Below, piece by piece: positions 41,627 through 55,408 of a stretch of 64,000 bases of DNA. The number at the start of each line of letters is the position of its first letter. Position 1 is the stretch's first letter. The notes under the pieces are model-generated. The model was not told the DNA's origin, ran no database searches, and was given only the letters and a program-made list of their open reading frames with translations. The translations under genes were made by a program, and so were the position numbers. This DNA comes from Tubulanus polymorphus (taxonomy: Eukaryota > Animalia > Nemertea). Location of the stretch: the NCBI RefSeq assembly GCF_964204645.1, contig NC_134026.1, forward strand, positions 14,010,050-14,074,049. Direction: 5' to 3'.

Positions 41627-44600
41627 GTATGAAGATGATATATTAGAAACTAAATTAGATGAATTAAAGAATGAAAAAGAAACATACAAATGTGATACAT
41701 GTAATTAATCATTCAGTGATAAAAGATATTATAAAGAACATTTAAAATCTAAAAGTCATATTAGAAATAAGAATAATGATATTTTAGGTGAAGATTATTT
41801 TGATAAAGATAATGATAAGAAACAGAAGACAATTAAAAGCATAAAAAATAAATTAAACAATAAAAGACCATACATGGAAGATGTAAGAAAATATATTAAT
41901 TCATTAGATAATAAAAAAGATATAGAGATAACCGTGATAAAGTGATATTGGTCCAGCAGCTATCGAGTTTAAATTTCATAAAGGAAAAACATTAGAAGAA
42001 AATAAAAAACATTTAGAAAATATGAAAGAAATAATAAAAATAATTACTGATGTTGAATATCCTAAAATAAGTATATCTTCTAAAGTTAAATTCATAAAAT
42101 CTGAAGATAAACCAATACATAATATAAATTCTCATTCACAACATATTATATCTAAACAACATATAGATGATAAATTAGATAAATGTTATAATGAAGTAAA
42201 AACTAAAATAGAAGAGAAATATTTTGAAGGATCTGGTTTAATATTTGATGAAATAATATTTATGACTTTACATGTTTATAACACAAAATATAATAAGTTA
42301 ACTAAATCAAAACCAATTGATGAAAATAATGTATCATATTATAAAGAACCAGATATTGAAGCATCGAGTTATATTAAACTACCATTTAAAACTAATGCTG
42401 TAATAAATGTACAAAATGAAGATGATAAATGTTTTCTATGGGCTATAATAAGTTGTTTACATCCTGCAACTTATAATATTTGTAGATTAACTCATCATAA
42501 ACCATTTGAAAATAATTATAAGATAGATAAGTATCCTGTTATAATTAAAAACATCCCAAAAATAGTGAGAGATAATAATATAAAGATAAATGTATTTGAT
42601 TTAATCTAATTACCAAATACAAAAGGTAACAACATAAACATTATACATTAGAACCTTTATATCTATCAAAAGATTATGATTCAAATGATGTTATAGATAT
42701 ACTATATTATGAGAATCATTATATGTGGATTAAACAAATAGATTTATTCTTTAGAACAGAAAATGATCACCATAATAAAATATATCTATGTAGAAAATGT
42801 TTACATAAATTCAGCAATGAAAGTACATTATTAAATCATAAACAATTATGTGAAAATCATGATTATTGTTAATTAGTTTTACCAAATGAAAAGGATAAAA
42901 TATAAGAATTCAAAAAATATGATTACAAAAATAAAGTACCATTTGTAATATATGGAGATTTTGAATCATTAAATAAAGAATTAACTGATCAAGATAGAAA
43001 AGAAATATATTATAAAAGAAAGAAATTAAATTCTAATGAAAATGATTTTTCAGATGAACCGCCAATAACAAATACTATTAAAAAGATTCATCAATCAGCT
43101 GCTGCTTTCGGGTTATATATTAAATCTGATTATCCAGAACTAATTGAAAGTGAATATTATAATTATAGAAATGAAAATGTTATCAATCATTTTTGTGACT
43201 TATTAATTGAATATGAAATAAGATTTAGTAAATTATTGAATACAGATATAGAAATTATAATGACAGAAGAAGATAAAGAAGAATTTGCGTCTGCAGATAA
43301 ATGTTATTATTGTGAAAAGATATTTAATTATAAAGATAAAAAAGTAAGAGACCATGATCATTTGAACGGAAAGTTTAGAGGCGCTGCACATGAGAATTGT
43401 AACTTACAAGCTAAGAAAATTAATTTTGTACCAGTTATATTTCATAATCTATCAGGATATGATGCACATTTATTCATCAAACAGTTATGTCATAAAATAG
43501 AAGAAATTAATAATGAAATAGAAAGATTAAATTCAAATAGATCAAAAGATAAAATACCAACTTATAAATTTAGAATGTTAGCTAAAACATCTGAGAATTA
43601 TATATCATTCCAATTTGGTTGCCTAAGATTTATAGATTCATATAGATTTTTAAATAGTTCATTAGATAACTTATCAAAATCATTAGTTGATGATGAATTA
43701 AAAATATTAAAGCAACACTACCCAAATAATGATGATTTCCAATTAATGAGATATAAAGGCGCAATTCCATATTCTTTCTATAAAAATCATAATGATTTTA
43801 ACATAACTGAATTATTGAAAGAACAATTCTATGATGAATTAAAAAATGAATATATTAAAGATGAAGTATATAATAGAACATTGAATATTTGGAATCATTT
43901 CAAAATAGAAAATCATGGACAATTAGTAGATTTATATTTAAAATCAGATGTATTATTATTAACCGATATATTCGAAAGGTTTAGAGATGTAAACCTAAAA
44001 TATTTCAATATTGATCCATGTCATTGTTATTCATCACCTGGTTTAACATGGGATTGTGGTTTAAAATTTACAGATATAAAAATGGATTTGTTAACAAATA
44101 TAGATCAATTATTATTATTTGAAAAATCTATAAGATGAGGAGTTTCAGGTGTATTAGGGGATAGATATTTCGATGTAAATGATAACCCCGGATATAAGTT
44201 ATTATATATAGATGCAAATAATTTGTATGGTTGGGCAATGATGGAACCACAACCTTATGGAGTATTTGAATTAACTGAAGTTTTACAGAATGAAAATAAT
44301 GATAAATTTGATTGGAAGAAAAGAATTCTAGATATTGCAGATGATTCAGATACTGGTTACTTTTTTGTTGTAGATTTAGAATATCCTGAAGATAAAAAAT
44401 TTAAATCTAGAAATATAGCTTACTGTCCCGAACATAAAACCGTAACTCATGAAGAATTATCAAATTACCAAAAAAGAATTAAACCTGAAAATCATATTCA
44501 TACAGAAAAGTTAATGGTAACTCATAGATATATTTCATTTAGTCAATCTAAGTGGTTAGAAAAATATATAGATTTCAACACCAAACAGAGAACTGAAGCT

Positions 44601-45464
44601 AAAACTGATTTCGAAAAAGATTTCTTCAAGTTAATGAACAATGCATTCTATGGTAAGACTTGTGAAAATATTAGAAATAGAAATGATATTGAGTAAGTTA
44701 GTAATGGTAAAAGAATTAGACATTTACAATCATATTCTAAGTTTTTAGGTAACAGAATATTTGATGAAAATTTAGCTGCAGTTAAGATGAGAAGAACATC
44801 AATGAAATTTAATAAACCAATCTATGTTGGAGCATCAGTTTTAGAATTATCAAAATTACTAATGTATGAATTCTATTATAATGTATTACAACCACTTTTT
44901 GGAGAAAAACATATAGAAATACTATATTTTGATACAGATTCTTACATATTAAAGATAAAAACTGATAACATAACTGATGATTTAAAAACATTAAAACATC
45001 ATTTTGATTTCAGTAATTATCCTAAAGATCATGAATTGTTTAGCAATGATAATAAAAAAGTTCCACGGAAGTTTAAGGATGAATTAGGTGGTGAAGAAAT
45101 GATAGAGTTCATCGGTATTAGAACTAAAATGTATTCATATAAAACTAAAGAACATGAAGCTAAAAAGTTAAAAGGAATAACCAAAAGTGTAGTAGAGGAG
45201 AATATTCATTTCAAAGATTACATCAATTGTATATTCAATGAAGAAGTTAGAAAACATAAAATGAGATGTTTAAGATCTGAAGATCATGAAATGTTTATTG
45301 AAGAAATAGAGAAGATAAGTCTAAACCCATTTGATGATAAAAGATATATTCTAGATGATGGAATTCATACAGTTGCTTATGGTTGTAATTTAGATGAATA
45401 CTTAAAATTTAAAAGAGAAGAAACAAAAGAGAACGAGATAATGAAAAGAATTCTAACGTGTTAA
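41627..45464 (+). pseudogene. Protein-primed PolB, 5'-deleted and disrupted
   Basis: Same motifs as copy A (FHNLSGYD, DANNLYGWAM, KLMNNAFYGK, YFDTDS); fused to the outer 37 bp of the terminus by a deletion. Confidence 0.95.
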
Positions 45465-45493
45465 TCAAATTTTAATAAAAATATGTTATTAAA

Positions 45494-45847
45494 ATGGAGA
45501 GTAAACAAACACACAGTGAGAACAACAAATCATTTCTAGATAGAATAAAAGATACTTCAAATGTCAAATCAGTAGATTATAAATTTAAGAAGTTAAAAGA
45601 ATTAATAATCCATAAGAAATATCTAATTACAAATATTGATACAGTTACTAACAAATATGGAGATAAATTAGTTATACACTTAGAATATGAAGGATTAAAA
45701 GGAAATACATATAAATTCAGAACATATTTACCAGATAGATTTCATAGATTATCAAGTGAAGATCTAGAAGAATTATGTTCTGGAGATTTCTATTTCGTAT
45801 ACAAAGGTAAGAATGAAAAGGGGCACCATGAAATAGATTTCGAATAA
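45494..45847 (+). CDS. Small Polinton protein (possible OB-fold/SSB)
   Basis: Intact 117 aa with NKYGDKLVIHLE...TYLPDRF; function inferred only. Confidence 0.7.
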   Translation: MESKQTHSENNKSFLDRIKDTSNVKSVDYKFKKLKELIIHKKYLITNIDTVTNKYGDKLVIHLEYEGLKGNTYKFRTYLPDRFHRLSSEDLEELCSGDFYFVYKGKNEKGHHEIDFE

Positions 45848-45864
45848 GAAAATATGTAAAATAA

Positions 45865-46623
45865 ATGGTAGAATTAAAAGAATACAGAATATTTGTTGAT
45901 TCTAGAAGACTTACAAATTATAAATCTCATAATTTACTAGTACAATTAGATAGAGAATTTAAGAATTGTGTAGATTTAAAATTAGTTAATATAAGTTTAT
46001 GTAATTCTTTTTATAATATATCGGATAAAACTATTGAAGATAATACTGTTTTATTTGATATTAGAAATGTAGATAAATGGTTTCATCTAATTTTAAAACC
46101 AGGATTATATAATTTAGAAACATTAGCTCAAGAAATTAATCGTAGAGCACGGTTGAAAATTAGAAGAGATGATAAATTTTTAATTAGATTTATAAAAAGT
46201 GATAGCACAAATAAAATTAAAATAAAGGTATAAGATGAAAGTCAACATGCATTTATGGTAAAAAAACCTATAGCTAAACTGTTAGGAATTGTACCAGATA
46301 CCGTTACAGGAAACGTAGATGGTAATTCAAATATAATACCTTTTACACACTTTTATATCTATTGCAATTTAATCGAGCCTACAAAAACTTTCGAAGCAAC
46401 TAAAGAAACAATTTGTAGTTCTAGTATACTAAATATTTTACCGCTAAAAAATGTTAAACAATTTGGAACTCAAATAAATTATAATTTAACAGAATGTGTT
46501 TTTAAACCCTGTATTCCTCAATTTAATAATTTTAAATTAGAAATAAGAAATCACAATGGATATTTAATTGATTTGAATAACTTTCCTGTAATTTATGAAT
46601 TAGTTATAAGATGTAGAGAGTAA
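45865..46623 (+). pseudogene. Putative minor capsid (penton) protein, one in-frame stop
   Basis: FYIYCNLIEP...ILNILP...FKLEIRNHNGYLIDLN...YELVIR, a C-terminal pattern typical of single jelly-roll minor capsids. Confidence 0.72.
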
Positions 46624-46639
46624 TTTTTTCATTATATAA

Positions 46640-46996
46640 ATGAATATAACTGTTGGGCCGAGCATATGTTTTGGATTTGATTTTAAACGTGAGAAAGAAA
46701 TGAAATTTAACGTTAATGATGTAATTACACATATCAAAAATATAACATTTTCTAATGAAACAACATTTGAGTATGAAACAACAATAGATAAAGAAACTTT
46801 AAATGTAGAAAAGATTACTAATTTAATTACAGAATCTTTAAGATTTTATGAATTAGATGAAGATTTTATCATCGATGATATTAAAAAAATAATAATTGAA
46901 ATATATACAAATGAAACTAGTAATGAAATAAATGTTGAATTAATCATAAATCAGATAACTAAATATTTTGATGATAGTAATTTTTTTGATAAATAA
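46640..46996 (+). CDS. Polinton hypothetical protein
   Basis: Intact 118 aa; T-tract plus TAAATG start. Confidence 0.75.
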   Translation: MNITVGPSICFGFDFKREKEMKFNVNDVITHIKNITFSNETTFEYETTIDKETLNVEKITNLITESLRFYELDEDFIIDDIKKIIIEIYTNETSNEINVELIINQITKYFDDSNFFDK

Positions 46997-47218
46997 ATGA
47001 GTGATAATAAGTGGATAATAACTGGATTATATAATGGAGCATTACTATCAGTTGGAACTGTTGGTTATTCAATGGTATTAAAAAAAGTATTTAAAATGGG
47101 AAGTGTTAATGTTGATAGATTTGATATCAATGATATTTTAAAATTAACATTAGCAGTTACTTTATCTAATTTAACTATTGATTATTTAGAAAAACAAAAA
47201 TATATTCCTCCCATATAA
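46997..47218 (+). CDS. 73-aa membrane protein
   Basis: Two hydrophobic segments; conserved in copy A. Confidence 0.75.
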   Translation: MSDNKWIITGLYNGALLSVGTVGYSMVLKKVFKMGSVNVDRFDINDILKLTLAVTLSNLTIDYLEKQKYIPPI

Positions 47219-47242
47219 ATGCATAATTATTTTACTAAATAA

Positions 47243-47663
47243 ATGGCTTCTGCAGTTATAACTATTATAGGATCGGCAATTGTTAACGCTTTAGCATTTA
47301 CTGGTGGCGGTTATTTATTTAAACATATTGATAAAAATGGATCATTAACAGAACAAAAAAGACATAACTTAGCATTAGAGAAATACAATAAAGCAGCAGA
47401 AGAATATAGAGAAAAGAGACAAAACTATATGGATTATATTAACAAGGAATTATATGATCAGAAGATTTCACATAGATTTTCAATCAGTTGATGATGCAAT
47501 GAGTTTATATAACGCAGTAACAAATAAAAAAAAATTACATCTATGTAAACCTAAATTATCAGATTATTATACCCCAAGTAATGAACAGAAGAAATATGAA
47601 ATAATTTGGATTTTAGGCGGAACTGTTATTGTTATATTTGTTGATTATAAGTTTACTAATTAG
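47243..47663 (+). pseudogene. Membrane protein, frameshifted
   Basis: Homolog of the intact 10577-10999 ORF. Confidence 0.8.
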
Positions 47664-47682
47664 TAATTTTTTTGCTAAATAA

Positions 47683-48091
47683 ATGGATGATAATATTGAT
47701 ATTATTCCTCATGATATAAATAAAACTAAATTAAAAATATATTTAGAAAAACAAATATTAGAATTTGAAAGTGACTTAAAGATAAAAAAGAAAAAATATT
47801 TAAAAAGTAAAATTATATATTATTTGATCATAAGTGGTTCGGTTACAATTAGTTCTGTAATAACATTTCTAGCAATATTCAGTCCATTAACACCTTTAGC
47901 TATATCAATTGGCGTACTAGGATTAAGTTCAAGTGTTTTAACTGGTATAAGTTCAAAATTAAATATAAAAAGTAATAAAGAAAAAATGAAAACTAATATA
48001 AAAGAAATTAATAAATTAAAGAATACACTAGATTATATAATGGTCATATAACAGTTGAAGAACAAGATAAATTATTAAAAGAATTAGTTAA
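47683..48091 (+). pseudogene. Two-TM protein with coiled-coil flanks, 3' frameshift
   Basis: ORF 47683-48051; a small deletion relative to copy A near the 3' end. Confidence 0.7.
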
Positions 48092-48114
48092 TTATTAATT
48101 TTTTAATTATATAA

Positions 48115-49433
48115 ATGGGGTTTCCAAAAGCTTCCCAATATAATAAATCAATTAAATATAATATTCCAACAATAGATTTTAATAGGGATATTACATATAG
48201 AAATGAAGTTTTAAATTCATTAATTGATTTATATATTTATGTTACTGAAAGTAATAATTTTCATGTAAAGATGGAAAATATATTTCATGTGTATACAATT
48301 AATTTTAAAAATTTAAATGAGGCAAAACAATGGTTATTAAAATCTAATATGAAGTATTGGCAGAACCAATTAAATTTTGCTGTTTATTGCGCAACAACAG
48401 GATGTGGAATTAGTTGGAATGATCATTTGAATAAACCAAGTTTACCATTGATGTTATCACTTTTTAGATTTCATACTTATTTTCAAATAAAATTAATATT
48501 AGATGAATTAGAATGTCCTTTACCAGGTTCAAAATATTTTAAAGAATTGAATAATAATATTAATTTTTCTAAGTTTTATAAAATATGTAATGAATTTAAT
48601 ATTAATTCAAATAAAGATTTTAGAGCAAAAATTGGAACAATGGGTGGATTAGGAATATTATATACTAAAGAATTTGGAAAAATAATGACAAATTCAGATA
48701 TAAGAACACTAAATTGGAATGAATTACCAAAATATTAAAATAATATACAACAACAAAATAATAATGGTTGGGTTAATTTCATTTTAGAAAATAGTGAAGG
48801 TTTTACTAAAGCTGGTATACAAAGAATAAATCAATCTATTAGAACTTATTTGATATGTACTTTAGGTGCGTAAGTTGAAACAAGATCCCCAATAATTGGA
48901 AATGATAACCTTCATTCGATGCGCAGAAACAATTCAAAGTATTATTTGAAGATTCAATTCATTATGATAAAAATAGATCGATTCCAGAAAACATTGTAAG
49001 ATATCAAAATTATTTAGATAAATCACATATTAGATTAAATTATTGTATAGGCCCTAATCTATTAATTATTTCTAATGATTTAGTATTAAAGATGGGAAGC
49101 ATAATTGGTTATAATAATCTAATTAAAACTGCAACAATAAATAATTCATTTGGATTAAATGATATAAATAAAAAGATTATTACTGCTCCAAAATTAATGG
49201 AAGGTGAAAAAAATAAAAAACACATTCAATCAACCGAAACTAAAACTAATAATATTAAATTAAATAATGATTCTAAAATAAAAGATTACAATACATCAGA
49301 AGATATAAAAGCTGATATTATTCAACATGATATAATTAAACTAAATGATGATAATAAATCCCAGGAAAATACTAAATTAGCTATAACTTTTATAGGAATT
49401 GTAATCGGAGGAATATTATATTTTAAATTTTAA
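48115..49433 (+). pseudogene. Conserved Polinton protein with C-terminal TM anchor, disrupted
   Basis: WQNQLNFAVYCATTGCGISW; ends LAITFIGIVIGGILYFKF. Confidence 0.72.
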
Positions 49434-49448
49434 TTTTTTATTATGTAA

Positions 49449-50906
49449 ATGGATGTAGAAGGTGTAGAAGATTTTCCATTGGGTCCTTTAGATGAACCTG
49501 GTATAAGTGATGAACAACCACCTGATTTTAGTGAACCAAGTTTTAGTAATGATAATAAAATAGAATATAATACTAATTTACCAGAAGTTGTTCCTGGTTC
49601 TAAAGCCCCATCAACAGATGAATATATTAGAGGAGCTAAATCGAGAATATATATTCAAAATGAAGTACCAGAATTAGAAAAAAAAATTAAAGTATGAAAA
49701 TTTAAAAGACGATTTTAAACCAATGTTAAAAAGATCTGGTTTCAATATAACAAATAAAGGTATGGATTATTTAGTAGAAGGTTTAAAATATTCAAATGGT
49801 GATTATTATTGGCATTTGAAAGATGACTATTATTTTAAGATTTCAAATCTTAAAAGTAACGATAAAATAATAAAACAATCAACTTTTAATTTATCAAAAC
49901 CAGATAGAATTAAGAAAATCATTAATGATGTTATAACTGATGTTACACAAGAAGAAAGAGATGATAATATAAGAGAATTTAAAAAAAGAAATGATTATTT
50001 TTTGAAGATAATTAATGAAAATTTAAGACCAAAAAAATTCCTAAAGAAGTTATTAATTCCAAAACTAGTAAACCTAATTCAAGAGAAGTTCAAACTGAAA
50101 AACTTTTACCAAATGGATTACTTGATGCAACAGATCAAGAATTAGAAGATTTAAATAATATATTTTCTGTTGATGTAATTAGAGAAATTGAAAGTATAAG
50201 ACATGCATCTGATAAAATTGCGCATGATAAAAGTATAAGAGATATTGAAATTAGAAATTTAGAAAAAGAATTAACTGATAAAAATAAAGAAATAGAACAA
50301 TTAAAGTCTGATCTTGATCGTCAAGTAATTGATGAAATAGAATATAGGAAAAAAGAATTACGTTTAGAAAAAGAAATTAATAATTTAAAAGATAATTTAG
50401 AAGTACAAAAAGAAGAAATTAAATCATTATTGAAATCATATGATTTTAATATTAATAGATTAAAAGTTATTTTTAAAGATTTGTTGATAAAACCAGATTC
50501 TAAAATATCATTAAAAGATAGAATAAAATTGTTATTCAAATTAGAAGGAATAACAATTCTTTCAATTCTAACAGCTGTAACTATGTTATTTACAACAATA
50601 GGTTTAGCTATATCAAATTCACTGAAATCTACTCCTACTCCAAATAAACCAGATAATCCCCCGAATGATAATAATTCTATACAAGATAAAGTTAAGGATG
50701 GTTTAAAGAAATTAGCAAAATATTCATGGGAACTATCTAAAAAATCTGCTGCAGCATTGCCAGCAGTTATTGCATCAATTGTTGGTTTTATATTGAAATC
50801 TGCAGGAAACATTATTAACTTTGCTGCTGAACATATTATTTTATTTTAAATTACAGTTGTAAGTGCTATCATTTTTGGGTTAGTAAACATGATAAAAAAT
50901 AAATAA
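49449..50906 (+). pseudogene. Coiled-coil and transmembrane protein, disrupted
   Basis: ORFs at 49449, 49723 and 50430; homologous to 7292-8777. Confidence 0.7.
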
Positions 50907-50926
50907 TTAATTTTTTTGTTGAATAA

Positions 50927-51868
50927 ATGAGTGGGAGTTATATCAATCCTTCTAAGAATCATAGAATATCTAATGCTATTAAAGCAGAAAGATCACATCA
51001 TATAATTACTCATAACCCTTCTAATATTAATCCCGATGAAACTTTATATGTTAGAATTCCTCGATTAACACAAAATACTTTTTATGTTCCAAATAGTATT
51101 TATTTATCAGCCGATATAAAAGTAATCGGTAATAATAATAATTATGTTGTTGATAATGTTGGAAGATATTTGATTAAAAAATTAACAATAAAGATTGGTC
51201 CAGAAACAGTTTTCTCATTAGATGATTATAATTTATTTATGCATTATAAAGATTTATGGTTAACTGAAGAAAATAGAAATAATATGATATTTCAAGGCAT
51301 CCAATCAGAAAACCAAAATAAATTAAGATCAGAAGCACATAATGCAATATTAACTAATTCTATAGATAAATTGATAAAAAGTATATATGGAAGCAAATAT
51401 AAAATTCCATTAGACTTTGAATTGATAAATAATAATGCACCTTTATATAAATACGCAATTCAAGAAGATGTTATATTCGAAATAACATTTGCTCCTGTTA
51501 ATGAAATTGTAATATCTAGCGTTAATAAAGATATGAGTTATAAATTATCGAATATATGTTTAGAATATGATACAGTAACTGATGAAAATATTTCAAGTAT
51601 AATTCAAACTCAATACAATCAAGGATTTTCATTATTATATGATTATATTGATAAATTTAAAACTGTAACTATTAATGCAAATGATGAAATAATTAATGAG
51701 AATATTAACTTCCCAAGAAGATCTATTAAAGGTATATTAATATTTTTTACCATTGCAACATATACTAATGGCGCAATAAATGTTGATAATTATTATAATC
51801 CTGGGTATCTAATACATAGGTATATTTTAAATATAGGTATATTTTTTACTAAAATCATTTTAGTATAA
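50927..51868 (+). pseudogene. Putative major capsid protein, truncated at ~51803
   Basis: Matches copy A up to NYYNP; the last ~20 aa are read-through into unrelated sequence. Confidence 0.78.
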
Positions 51869-51885
51869 AAAAATATGTATAATAA

Positions 51886-52539
51886 ATGGAACCAGAACAA
51901 CCACAAACTATAAATATTACAAATAACACTGGTGTTATAAATATATATTACAAGAAGTGTTCTAAATGTGAATTAGATAAATTAGCTTTAACAGAATTTA
52001 GTAAGCGTAAGATTAGCAAAGATGGTTTTCAATATTGCTGTAAAACTTGTTTTAAACTATATACCAAACAATACAGAGAAGATAATAGAGAGGCTTATAA
52101 TGATTATATGACAGAATATATGAGAGAAAGATATCAAACAGATCTTAATTTTAGATTGAAACAATGCTTAAGATCTAGATTAACACAATTATTCAACAAA
52201 GAAACACATTCAGAAACACTATCTAATTTATTGGGTTGTTCAGATGAATTTTTCATATCATGGATAATATATCAATTCGATGATAAAATGAATATAGATA
52301 ATTATGGGGATTATTACCATATTGATCATGTGGTACCAATATCTAAATTTAACATGAATGATGAATACAATAAAAAACTTATTTGGAGTTGGAAAAATTT
52401 AAGGCCTTTAGAAAAGAAGGAAAACATAATTAAATCTAATAAACTAGATTTACAGTTATATTTAGATCAACTGGATAAAGCAAAGACATTTGTTGAATTA
52501 TGGAACTCAACACATAATGAAAAATACGTTGAAGCTTAA
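51886..52539 (+). CDS. HNH-family endonuclease
   Basis: Two CxxC pairs; LLGCS, YHIDHVVP...NLRPL...EN..K.N; intact 217 aa. Confidence 0.85.
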   Translation: MEPEQPQTINITNNTGVINIYYKKCSKCELDKLALTEFSKRKISKDGFQYCCKTCFKLYTKQYREDNREAYNDYMTEYMRERYQTDLNFRLKQCLRSRLTQLFNKETHSETLSNLLGCSDEFFISWIIYQFDDKMNIDNYGDYYHIDHVVPISKFNMNDEYNKKLIWSWKNLRPLEKKENIIKSNKLDLQLYLDQLDKAKTFVELWNSTHNEKYVEA

Positions 52540-53365
52540 GCGCTTAGAAAACCGGTTACTCTCGATCTATGTCAAACCACCTGTATGTAATTGTATTAGG
52601 TTGTTTACAAAAGCATCTGTCGCACGTTATATTCAGTTGAATAGGGTGTACCTCATTTGAATATTGATCGAATGTGCTATTTCAGTTGAAAAGGATTAAT
52701 CAATTACATTACAAAGGAACATCTGTTGCACAGACAGTGTTTAGCTAGTGAATAACTGGCAGCTATAAACGCGCAGCACATAAGCATAGGAACGAATAGG
52801 ATATCCTCTCTATAAACACAATTTTAGGAGTTTACAGTTATAAATGTAAGTACTGTTTTTGTTGTTATTAAGGCGTCGGGAAACGTTAAACATGTAAAAC
52901 TTATCCTGGTAAGATGCGCCACAAATGGTCATGTTTAAGTGTTGTAATTAATATTTTACAACTACAACTTCAAGTTAGTTTTATTCTACGCTAGATATTT
53001 ATCTTTTAGATAACAAAATGAAGACCATTGAATCAAGAAAGTGAAGATAGATGGACGTGGAATCAGAAATAAAGGATATTTCAACTCATGAGACTGTAGT
53101 CGTTTGCCATACTGTATAGGCTTTCAATGCATTACGTTTGTCGGAATTTCAATTGCGTCATTAAGCTGTTGTTAATGACACACAGTGACAGATGTTGTAT
53201 TATACTTTATTGATTCCTGCATTCCACGCATAACTTACCGGGCCTGAGTGGAGCGGCTTGGAATGTGGAAATCGATAATGATTGTAGAATAAAATATATG
53301 TGTGTTTATGAAATAGTATTTCCACCAGTCGTTTCTTTGAATTTATTTTCAGTTTTAGGATTTAT
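52540..53365. other. Unclassified ~820-bp insertion
   Basis: In copy A the HNH stop is followed directly by TATCGAGAATCCG (1561); in copy B this sequence resumes at 53366. The insert is more GC-rich than the viral DNA. Confidence 0.7.
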
Positions 53366-53686
53366 TATCGAGAATCCGAAATGACTTATCTGGACATTTA
53401 TGATTACTGCTCCTATAGATAAACAATAGTAGTGAGATATTAAATCCTATTTTAAATAAAAAATATTTAAAAAACAATAACTTCAACTAGCTAGTGAATT
53501 CTATTATATTTTTAATATTTTCTTTTCAAAAAGAGAATACTTTATATTTTGAATAGATTCAAATAGAAATTCTTTAAATTCAAATAGCTAGTATCAGTAG
53601 TCAATACTAGAATTCTTTAATTTTAACTATCTAGTATCATTTTATAATACTTATAATATTTTTCTTATTAAATTTCTCTAATATAA

Positions 53687-54290
53687 ATGTCAAAGAAATC
53701 GAGTAAGAATAGTATTGATATTGAAAAAACATTAGATGATTTAGGTATCAGTGATAATAAGGATCCAGTTGTTTCTAATTCCATTTTAAGTTAAGAACAA
53801 TATAGATTAGGAATACTATTTATATTGTAAGCATCATCTAGAACTATTGATTGCTAGCGGAAAGTGTAGAGAGTTTTTAACTAAGACTATTACTTTTCAA
53901 GAATTAGATGCTATGAAACCAGATAAAGTAATAAAATATTTTAAGATTTATGAAGAAGCTAGATTAGCTAGAATAAATGATTCTATTTCAGATGGTATTG
54001 TCAAATGTTATTCAAAATTATGTAACCAGTTAATACCAATTGATGATGAAAATAAATTATATAGTGATTTGAAAAATGACTACTTAGTTATGACTGAATT
54101 ACAAAAATGGGTTGGTTATGCTTCATTTCAATTAGGATCGGTTATGACATTAATTTCTACTGGTGTCATAACATTTTCGAACATCAAGCCTATGGAATAT
54201 AAATCAGGTAAGAACGAAACAGATGTACTACAACCAAACATCGAAACAGAAAATGAATCAGAACAAAAATTAACTAAAATAAATGAGTGA
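53687..54290 (+). pseudogene. Homolog of 1920-2513, premature stops
   Basis: Direct sequence similarity; TAAATG start. Confidence 0.75.
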
Positions 54291-54449
54291 TAGCGTTAAG
54301 AAAAAGGCTAGATCCATGAAACAAATTAAATGGGCAAGAGAATTAGGTAAAAGATCTTCAGAATTAAAAAAAGCTAAGAAAAGAAATTAACTGATATAAA
54401 TGAATCACAGACTTTATCTGATATTGATTCAAATAATAATCCATGATTA

Positions 54450-55408
54450 GTATCCAAGTGAAGTATCATATTCTAACGTTTCAGAATTATGGAATAAAAT
54501 TAAATCTGATAATGAAAATGGTGCCGTACGGCACCCACATGGTAATATAAAATATAGTGAATTGAAATCATGGTTACAAAATCAACCAACATATCAAAAC
54601 TACAAGAAAATGGATAAAACTTATTTAACAAGAAAAGTTATGGTTTCATATATCGATCAACAATGGCAAGCAGATTTAATTGACATGAAGAACTTAGAAG
54701 AATACAACAAAGGATATTTCTGGATATTAAATGTTATAGACATATTCAGTCGATACGCCTGGTCAATTCCAATCAAAACTAAAACTGGTATAGAAGTGAC
54801 AAATTCTTTTAAATCTAACTTTAAAGAAGTTATTCCAGATAAGATACAATTTGATGAAGGTAAGGAATTTTATAACAAACATTTTAAAAAACTATTATCT
54901 GATAACGATGTAGACTATTTTTCAACACACTCAGATAAAAAAGCATCTATTATAGAAAGATTTAATAAAACATTGAAAACTAGAATGTGGAAATACTTTA
55001 CTGCTAATGAAACATATAAATATATCGATGTATTAGATGATTTAGTGAAAGGTTATAATAATTCTAAACATAGTTCTATAAATATGAAACCTATACAAGC
55101 TAGAAAAGAAGATAATTCGGAAATAGTTTGGAATAATCTGTATGGAGCATTTGTTACACATGATTTCGGAGAACCTAAATTTAAAATAGGACAACACGTT
55201 AGAATATCTAAATATAGAAAAACCTTTTACAAAGGTTATACCCCAAATTTTACTGAAGAAATATTCAAGATTAAAAAGATAATATTAACTAAACCTTTTG
55301 TTTATAAATTAGAAGATCTAAAAGATGAAGAAATATTAGGTTATTTCTATGAACAAGAATTATCACTTGTACCAAATCCAGATGAAATAGAATACAAAAT
55401 AGAAAAAG
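54450..55408 (+). pseudogene. rve integrase, 5'-deleted and truncated by Gypsy insertion
   Basis: DDE core as in copy A; cut at YKIEK. Confidence 0.92.

Noticed and set aside
51803-53365. HNH as an intron- or intein-encoded nuclease inside MCP
   Set aside because: The MCP 3' part never resumes downstream, and the HNH is a free-standing gene in copy A.
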